The position numbers and the translations under genes are program-made. A stretch of DNA of 62,336 nt from the NCBI GenBank assembly GCA_037442745.1, contig JBBIPP010000002.1:110463-172798 (forward strand), in the 5' to 3' direction. Origin of the DNA: an archaeon. GTDB lineage: Archaea > SpSt-1190 > DYHY01. Below, piece after piece: positions 56,178 to 62,336 of this stretch. Each line of letters begins with the position of its first letter. Positions within the stretch are counted from its first letter, which is position 1. The notes under the pieces are model-generated. The model was not told the DNA's origin and made no database searches. It saw only the letters and a list, made by a program, of their open reading frames with translations.

Positions 56178-57353
56178 ATGGTGTTGGAGAAGGGATATGT
56201 GTTTTCACATTCCCATCAGATTTCTAAACGAAGAAAGGGCGCTGCCCTGACAGGGGAGATGATTTCCCTAATAATTGTCTCAATACTCCTTGTTGCGGCA
56301 ATTGGGGGAATTGCCTCCGAAATAGCCTTTCTTGCAACAACCGCACATTTCCTCGAAGCCAAAATAATTGCAGGAGCAGTTGCCGGAGCTCTCACATCAG
56401 TCTCCTCCGCCCCCCAGAACGGGGTCTATTGCATCACTCTTCCGGGAACCTTCCAATACAAGGTCGCTTTCGGAATTGGGACTGAAAAGGCATCAGTCGG
56501 ACCCGCCCTTGTCGATCCTCCGGAACTGGGAGAATATTGCCCGGTAACCCCCCCGAGCTATTCTGCATACGAAAAATACCTGACAGGGCCCTACAAGGAG
56601 TTCTTCGATTCGGCTTCCGAGAAGTATGCTGTCCCGCTTCCTTATATTCTTGCAATTGCATATACTGAATCGGGAATTGAGCACTATGACACTTCCGGGA
56701 ATGTGAAGGATTCGGGCTCTGGGTATATCGGGATAATGATGGTATCAGACGACAACCCGGAAAACCGCGAGCCGGAAGGGAACATTAATTCCGGAGTTGC
56801 CGAGCTACGAAACAAGCTCGACTATTTCGGAGGCGACTTTCAGGCGGCAGCCGCGGCATATAGCGGGGGGACTGCCGGGGCTGTCGAATATATCAGAGCT
56901 CTCGGAGGGGCGGGTTCCTGGGTCAAAAACCTCCAGGCCGCGGAATTCATGGAACTTGAAATTTACGAGGACATAAACCCCCTTCTAGCCAATCTGCATT
57001 TCCCGGACGGCTCAGAATATACAGTAGAAAAGCAGAACGCATGCGGAGTCGCAAGGAACACTGCGAACGCGCGCTTCTTCGAGTCAATGGGCCTTGGGAC
57101 AGCAAAGTACGGGTTCGTTGCAGTTGTCCGGGAAACCGACAAATCCGGGGCTATCTCATATGTACCTGTCACAACATTCGAGCCCGGCGTTTTCAAAATA
57201 CCGTCCGGCGGGAAATACACTCTTGTGATGAAAAAGTCACTCTTCAGAATGCCCCATGGCGGATATAAGGAGGCAATACGGTTCGCTGTCCGGGAAGGGG
57301 GACTTCGGGAAGCCGGGTGCCAGGCCGAGACTCCGGCAATCTGCGGGTTTTAG
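56178..57353 (+). CDS. Membrane-anchored lytic transglycosylase (SLT-domain, lysozyme-like) protein
   Basis: After a TM anchor (LIIVSILLVAAIGGIA) comes YILAIAYTESGIEHYDTSGNVKDSGSGYIGIMMV...AAYSGG, which fits the SLT E-S...S-x-G-x-x-G-h-M-Q...AYN-G pattern. Confidence 0.55.
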   Translation: MVLEKGYVFSHSHQISKRRKGAALTGEMISLIIVSILLVAAIGGIASEIAFLATTAHFLEAKIIAGAVAGALTSVSSAPQNGVYCITLPGTFQYKVAFGIGTEKASVGPALVDPPELGEYCPVTPPSYSAYEKYLTGPYKEFFDSASEKYAVPLPYILAIAYTESGIEHYDTSGNVKDSGSGYIGIMMVSDDNPENREPEGNINSGVAELRNKLDYFGGDFQAAAAAYSGGTAGAVEYIRALGGAGSWVKNLQAAEFMELEIYEDINPLLANLHFPDGSEYTVEKQNACGVARNTANARFFESMGLGTAKYGFVAVVRETDKSGAISYVPVTTFEPGVFKIPSGGKYTLVMKKSLFRMPHGGYKEAIRFAVREGGLREAGCQAETPAICGF

Positions 57354-57370
57354 GAGGAGTGAGAAAGGGA

Positions 57371-58624
57371 ATGACTGAAAGGAAAATGAAAGGGAGGAAA
57401 GCGCAGCAGCCCTCAATCCTTCTTCTCGCCCTGATTTTCCTCGTCACCTTGGTGGGGCTTGCGGTAATAGTCCTCCTTGCGAACGCAGACCTTCTCTCAA
57501 CAATTGAGCGGCATAACGAGAACAGGATGGCAATACTCGTTGCAACAAGGATAACTGGCGCTCCCAATTTCGTTATGGACACAGGATACTTGGGCCTCCA
57601 CAAGAACGTCCTTGACACAAGGCGCCTTGACATTTATTCCAAGAGCTTCATGCGCTCGCTCTCCAACTATGCGAATTCCGGGGGCGCGACAAACCTCCTT
57701 CCCCAAACTCCCTATGAGCTCAGGTCAAGCTGCTATTCCTGGATTGCCGTTATCCGCAACCCTCAGGAGGACAGGCTCTGGGTTTTTGGAGAGTATGAAA
57801 TTCTCCAAGAGCCCCTGAAAACGGAAATAAGGGAAGCAGCCCTCGATGCATATGCAAGTAAGCGGAACTATTATGCCGGAGCGGGCTCGACATCCTATTC
57901 CCGGGCACAGCAAATGAACACAATGTTAGAATCAATGGGCGGATACACAATCCCTGTCACAATTGCTCTCTACGAAGGGGACCAGATAAAGAAGTTCGAC
58001 CTTGGAACGCTCCAGGTTTTCGTCAGAAAGACCCCTGCCTGCACTGACTCGGACAAGCAAGAGGAGGAGTATATAAAGGCAATGACATTGGTTGAGAAAT
58101 ACTATGATTTTCCGCAGGTGTCCCGCTCATTCAGGAACACCCCCCTCCCCCACATTCCGAGATTCGACCATTCAGGAGGAGCAGGGAGATATTTGAGATG
58201 CGAGGAACTTCCAATAGAGGAGATTTCAAAACACTTCACTTTCGAGGAGGCTGAGCTTGTGGCCGGAATGACTTCATTGACTGAGAGAATTGAATCCGCA
58301 GGCGAGGCTTCCGGAGTTGACCAGAATTTCCTCCGGGCAGTGCTCTTCCATGAGACTGGCCTTGATCCGGAAATTCTCGCATACACTGACATCGAAGCAA
58401 TGGCAGGTTCAATCAGGCAGGAAGCGGACTATTTCGCGGACAAGGTCTCTGCATCCCAATGCGCTCCCAATTATGTCGCAATATCGAGGCTTGTTGGGCC
58501 GACAGAGACTGATGAATACATTACCGGGACATTGGCTCCCCTTCCGGAGACAAGAAGGTCGGCCGAACGAATTATTTATTATTATACTGCGTTTTCGTCC
58601 TGCTTTGGAGTTGAGGGAAGATGA
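57371..58624 (+). CDS. Membrane-anchored extracytoplasmic protein of unknown function
   Basis: The start is MTERKMKGRK, preceded by GGAGG. It has a TM helix (ILLLALIFLVTLVGLAVIVLLA). The segment NFLRAVLFHETGLDPEILAYTD is a weak lysozyme-like hint. Confidence 0.45.
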   Translation: MTERKMKGRKAQQPSILLLALIFLVTLVGLAVIVLLANADLLSTIERHNENRMAILVATRITGAPNFVMDTGYLGLHKNVLDTRRLDIYSKSFMRSLSNYANSGGATNLLPQTPYELRSSCYSWIAVIRNPQEDRLWVFGEYEILQEPLKTEIREAALDAYASKRNYYAGAGSTSYSRAQQMNTMLESMGGYTIPVTIALYEGDQIKKFDLGTLQVFVRKTPACTDSDKQEEEYIKAMTLVEKYYDFPQVSRSFRNTPLPHIPRFDHSGGAGRYLRCEELPIEEISKHFTFEEAELVAGMTSLTERIESAGEASGVDQNFLRAVLFHETGLDPEILAYTDIEAMAGSIRQEADYFADKVSASQCAPNYVAISRLVGPTETDEYITGTLAPLPETRRSAERIIYYYTAFSSCFGVEGR

Positions 58625-59355
58625 AACTCGTGAGAAACACGGCAGGTTGCCGGAGCCGAAAATCGCTTGTTGCAGGAACCCTTCTTGTAGTTCTCCTGAC
58701 CGCAATACTAATTGGAGGAGGGATTTTCCTCCTTGTTTCGACCCGCCTAAAAGTACAACTCAACATTCTTGAGGAATTGGCCGAGCGCGATCAAAAGCCG
58801 ACTCTTCAGGCTCTCTCATATTCGACTGTCGGGTTCATGCAGAACAGTCCGATTTCGTTCTATGATCTTGTCTCGCTTTCAGCAGTCCTAGGAAGGGACG
58901 ACTATATTCTCGGGGGGAACCAAGTATCTGCTGAGGAGACTGTTGACAGGCAGATTGACTATTTCTCGGAAACAAGCCTCGCAGCATATCCAATTTCCTG
59001 CTTTGACTATGCGCTCTCCGGGGAAGACGGAACAATAATTTTCAACAGAGTAATATCGTCCGGAACGCTTCCCGCCGAGACCGAATCCTGCGACGAGATT
59101 GTGGCAAAGCTGGGTGATGCGGGACTGGTTGCAACAGCGAAAAGGGGATATTCTTATCTTATACCTCTTCCTCCTTTCAAGAGCGGTTCAGCTAGGCTAA
59201 CTGCCCAGTTCATATACGATTTGGAGGCTTCTGAAGGCGCGTCAAAAATCCCTGACTCTGAGAGGCCCTTCTGCAAGGAGGAAGGAGTTGAAGCGGGAGT
59301 TGCTGAAGAGTGCTGTAGCGGAAGAATTGAGAAAGGGAGGTGCACAAGGGGATGA
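58621..59355 (+). CDS. Membrane-anchored extracytoplasmic protein of unknown function
   Basis: ATGA overlap with the upstream gene. TM helix (LVAGTLLVVLLTAILIGGGIFLLV). Cys-rich C-terminus. Confidence 0.4.
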   Translation: MKLVRNTAGCRSRKSLVAGTLLVVLLTAILIGGGIFLLVSTRLKVQLNILEELAERDQKPTLQALSYSTVGFMQNSPISFYDLVSLSAVLGRDDYILGGNQVSAEETVDRQIDYFSETSLAAYPISCFDYALSGEDGTIIFNRVISSGTLPAETESCDEIVAKLGDAGLVATAKRGYSYLIPLPPFKSGSARLTAQFIYDLEASEGASKIPDSERPFCKEEGVEAGVAEECCSGRIEKGRCTRG

Positions 59356-62336
59356 GCGCCAAGGTAAGGAAGGGAATCGGTGCCGTAGCAATAATAGGTA
59401 TCCTGGTAATTCTTGTAGCTGTCGGAACTATCGGATATCTCTGGGTTCTTTTCAACAGGCCAATTGACCTCTATTCAACAATGGAGACTTCCGAGAACAA
59501 GTTCATCAGGGCAATACACGTGATGGAGGAAGCGCGCCTCTATATCAAAAAGGCAATGGACTATTCGCTCCAACTCGCTGTAATTGAGGTCTCGGACAAC
59601 GGAGGATTCCTGCGGGCGTCGAAAACAACTGCATCCGGAAAGCCGTATTTGACAACCCTGAAAGACGATTCAACATTCCCCGACTATTGCCCTGACGAGG
59701 ACAAGCGCTTTGAGATGATAATTAATCCGAACGATGTTACTGGAGCGCTTGAACCAGTAATTACAAGGGTTCTCGAGAACATCAAGGCGAACATCCCCGA
59801 AAAACTGAACGAATACGCCGACCTCTTCACAGAGTTCGAGGTCTCAAACAAGGTGAATATTTCAATATATGACAAGGCAGTTGGCGAAGAAGGCTTCAAG
59901 AAGCACTGCCTTTTCATGAATTCCCTATCATCCGACCTGACAATTGCTTCCGAAGCCGGAGCGTCCTGGGTGAAGGTTCCTGTCAGGTGGAAGGACATTG
60001 AGATAGTTCCCAATTCAAACGTCTATGACTGGAGCGCCCTTGACCTCTTCTATGAGAAAGCGGAGGCTGAAAACATTGAGGTAATCCCGGTTCTCGGGTG
60101 GGCTCCGGAATGGGCGCTCTCTGAGAAGGACAAGCCGGCGGACCCTTCCTATAACTACGGGCCTGACCCAAGGTATTTCACCAATTTCGCGAAATTCGCG
60201 GAGGCAATGGTTGCGCATATTGAAGGCAAGGGCTGGAATGTCAATTATTTGATCCCCTGGCTTGCGCCGAATGTCGGGCGGAACTGGTCTCCCAAGGGAA
60301 TTGAGCCAATAGAGTTCGCGCGCCTCTTCAAGCAGACATCCCTATATGTCCGGGACGCGAACCCGTCAGTAAAGATAATTTTCCCGGCAACTCTTGAGGT
60401 TCCCACCTGCGGATATGACAGATATCCTTCAGACCCCCGGCCGTTCTCAACATATCTTGACAATTCCCAAGCGTGCGAAACTGTCGAGTGCGGAACCAAC
60501 AACTGCCTCGGCCTCCGGTATGTCGAGAGATGCGGAACGAGCTATTCCACCCGAGAGAACTTGGAATGCCTCCCGACGCTTGATGTCGATTGCCCGAACA
60601 ACGACGCAATAAAAAAGATTGGCGAACCTGCCTGCAAATCATCCGACTATTGGCAGCCATATATGTATGATGTTTCTCTCCGGCCGGAGTCCCCGACAAG
60701 ATTCAGGTATTTCACTCTCTCGGACCTTGACTTTTTGCGGGAAATGTATTTCCACGGCCTATCTGACTATTTCGACATATTGGAATTCCAGGCAACAGGG
60801 ACTGAAGCCCCCCAAGAAGAGCTCGAGGACTGCGACACTGAAAATCCTTCCACATGTAAGGGAGTCGGGCGCCTGAAGCTCTACTATGACCTTCTCTGGG
60901 ACAACCGCGATGAGGACAAGGAGATTTTCGTCAATGCCGAGTGGCCCGGTTTGACTCCGGCCTCTAAAAGCGAAGGGTTCGCAAGGAATTTCTACATACT
61001 TTCAGCAGATCCTGTGAGCGGAGTTAACACAGGCCCAATATGCGTTCCTGAGAGCTATTCAGAGGTTGTCCGTACTCAAGTGAAGGACGAGACATTCTCT
61101 CCTTGGGGAGGGATTTCCGCCTCCGCCAACCACACAACAAAGGTCTCGACAATAAGGCGGGCGAATCAGGAAATGTTCGCAACCGGTTTCGGAATGGTCA
61201 CTGCTGACGACAATTCGACCGGAAAGCTCGGTTTCTCAATTACCGAGATTATCAAGGAGGCCCGACTAATTGCAAAGGATCCCGAGAGGGCAATAATGTC
61301 TTTGGGCGCAACCTGCTCAGCTGTCGAGGGCGGAGAGAAATGCCCTTCGGGATTCTTCAAGAGGTCGGATACCGCTTCCTGCGACACAGGAACTTTCATC
61401 TGCCCTGACGGGCTGACTGGGAGCGGAAGCGGGGACGAATTCACCTGCGTTGCCGAACTCTCAGCTCCCTATACCTTGGACTGCAAGGTGAAGACAGCTG
61501 TCTACAACTATTCATGCGCAGTCGACTCTGCCGAATATCCGGGAAGCGACCTTGACAGGGAGGAGGTCAGGCCGAACTCTTGCTATATTGACGATGAAAC
61601 AGGGGCAATGGGAATATGCACAGCAACTCCATCCAGGAACGAGTACGCTTCCTGCGAGGAAATGAACCCAGTGTCAAGGACAAAGGGGCCAACTGAATTC
61701 ATCTGGTGCCGAAACATTGACGACAACTGCTGTCAATGGGCTTTCTCCCAATCGGGCGGAGGGCCTCTCGGATTCGAGATGGAAGAGAGCGTTGCTGCCG
61801 CTACTCCCGACGCGCAGTGCAGGTGCATAAAACTCTCAGAAATAATGAGTCCGGACATCAAAGACTGGGGCCCAGTTCTTCCAGATGGACAGCTTCCTCC
61901 GGGAAGCCCTGACACTTTTTGGCCTCAATATGCAGTCGAATGCCCGAAAGAATCAGGAATTTCCGCGCCAAAGCCTGAAGGAATGAACTGCTGTGAAACT
62001 GGTGGAACTGGATATGTTGATGACCCGATAGTTGGAACTGGGCACATAGGTTGCAATTGGCGCCTAGGAGCGGAGATGTGGGCGGCAAACGACCTGACTG
62101 CATTTGACCTTGGGACAACATACCAATTGGGAAACGTTGTTCCCGGTTCCGCCTACTATTCCGGATGCAGGAACGACAAGCTACAAGGACATATTGAAAT
62201 ATGCAAAAAAGCCGATTCAGTTGGAGACGACCCCAAGGTATGCCCCGGATTTAAAGAAGTTCTTAATGACAACTCCGCTGTTCAGGAATGGATTGATTAT
62301 TGTCAGGGAACTGCTGGAGCTAATTGTGAGAAGCTG
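59352..62336 (+). CDS. Large Cys-rich extracytoplasmic protein of more than 995 aa, partial because it runs off the window. It has an N-terminal TM anchor and a glycoside-hydrolase-like (beta/alpha)8 region.
   Basis: The frame is open from ATG 59352 (ATGA overlap with the upstream gene) to the window end. A TM helix (IGAVAIIGILVILVAVGTIGYLWVLF) is present. The segment WVKVPVRWKDIEIVPNSNVYDWSALDLFYEKAEAENIEVIPVLGWAPEW resembles GH5/GH42-type barrels. The C-terminal 600 aa hold more than 40 Cys. Confidence 0.5.
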   Translation, partial: MSAKVRKGIGAVAIIGILVILVAVGTIGYLWVLFNRPIDLYSTMETSENKFIRAIHVMEEARLYIKKAMDYSLQLAVIEVSDNGGFLRASKTTASGKPYLTTLKDDSTFPDYCPDEDKRFEMIINPNDVTGALEPVITRVLENIKANIPEKLNEYADLFTEFEVSNKVNISIYDKAVGEEGFKKHCLFMNSLSSDLTIASEAGASWVKVPVRWKDIEIVPNSNVYDWSALDLFYEKAEAENIEVIPVLGWAPEWALSEKDKPADPSYNYGPDPRYFTNFAKFAEAMVAHIEGKGWNVNYLIPWLAPNVGRNWSPKGIEPIEFARLFKQTSLYVRDANPSVKIIFPATLEVPTCGYDRYPSDPRPFSTYLDNSQACETVECGTNNCLGLRYVERCGTSYSTRENLECLPTLDVDCPNNDAIKKIGEPACKSSDYWQPYMYDVSLRPESPTRFRYFTLSDLDFLREMYFHGLSDYFDILEFQATGTEAPQEELEDCDTENPSTCKGVGRLKLYYDLLWDNRDEDKEIFVNAEWPGLTPASKSEGFARNFYILSADPVSGVNTGPICVPESYSEVVRTQVKDETFSPWGGISASANHTTKVSTIRRANQEMFATGFGMVTADDNSTGKLGFSITEIIKEARLIAKDPERAIMSLGATCSAVEGGEKCPSGFFKRSDTASCDTGTFICPDGLTGSGSGDEFTCVAELSAPYTLDCKVKTAVYNYSCAVDSAEYPGSDLDREEVRPNSCYIDDETGAMGICTATPSRNEYASCEEMNPVSRTKGPTEFIWCRNIDDNCCQWAFSQSGGGPLGFEMEESVAAATPDAQCRCIKLSEIMSPDIKDWGPVLPDGQLPPGSPDTFWPQYAVECPKESGISAPKPEGMNCCETGGTGYVDDPIVGTGHIGCNWRLGAEMWAANDLTAFDLGTTYQLGNVVPGSAYYSGCRNDKLQGHIEICKKADSVGDDPKVCPGFKEVLNDNSAVQEWIDYCQGTAGANCEKL

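Overview
This 62.3-kb window (about 50% GC) comes from an archaeal chromosome. It carries the split RNA-polymerase genes rpoB''/rpoB'/rpoA'/rpoA'' followed by rpl30e and a short archaeal nusA, then the str cluster rps12-rps7-fusA (aEF-2)-tuf (aEF-1alpha)-rps10, plus Alba. Four tRNAs were folded by hand: Pro(UGG), Tyr(GUA), Asp(GUC) and Lys(UUU). Tyr and Lys carry canonical 37/38 introns of about 93 and 35 nt.

The RNAP-str superoperon is interrupted three times.
1. A low-GC (about 35%) island of roughly 3.4 kb sits between nusA and rps12. It holds a decayed restriction-modification cassette: an intact but atypical N6/N4-type methyltransferase, a Dam-like methyltransferase with an in-frame TAA, a PD-(D/E)XK endonuclease with an in-frame TGA, and a stop-riddled HARE-HTH gene. 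A membrane protein gene of host GC content follows the island.
2. Two translationally coupled genes with no family I can recognise from sequence lie between rps7 and fusA.
3. A 0.7-kb non-coding stretch and an antisense DedA/TVP38 membrane protein gene lie between fusA and tuf.

Elsewhere there are two glycosyltransferase clusters (GT4 with a tandem GT2 pair, and GT2/HAD/GT), glmS, argF, tag, mscS, a PAP2 phosphatase, a band-7 protein, a radical SAM enzyme, and an 851-aa protein combining a long coiled coil with a C-terminal metallophosphoesterase-like domain.

At the 3' end, four overlapping genes form an operon of N-terminally membrane-anchored extracytoplasmic proteins. These include an SLT lytic-transglycosylase-like protein and a Cys-rich protein of more than 995 aa with a glycoside-hydrolase-like barrel that runs off the window.

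Several ORF-poor stretches look like frame-broken pseudogenes. The listed ORFs use ATG, GTG and TTG starts, so several starts were re-chosen from motif position, TATA boxes and RBS-like sequences. Nothing here was checked against a database.
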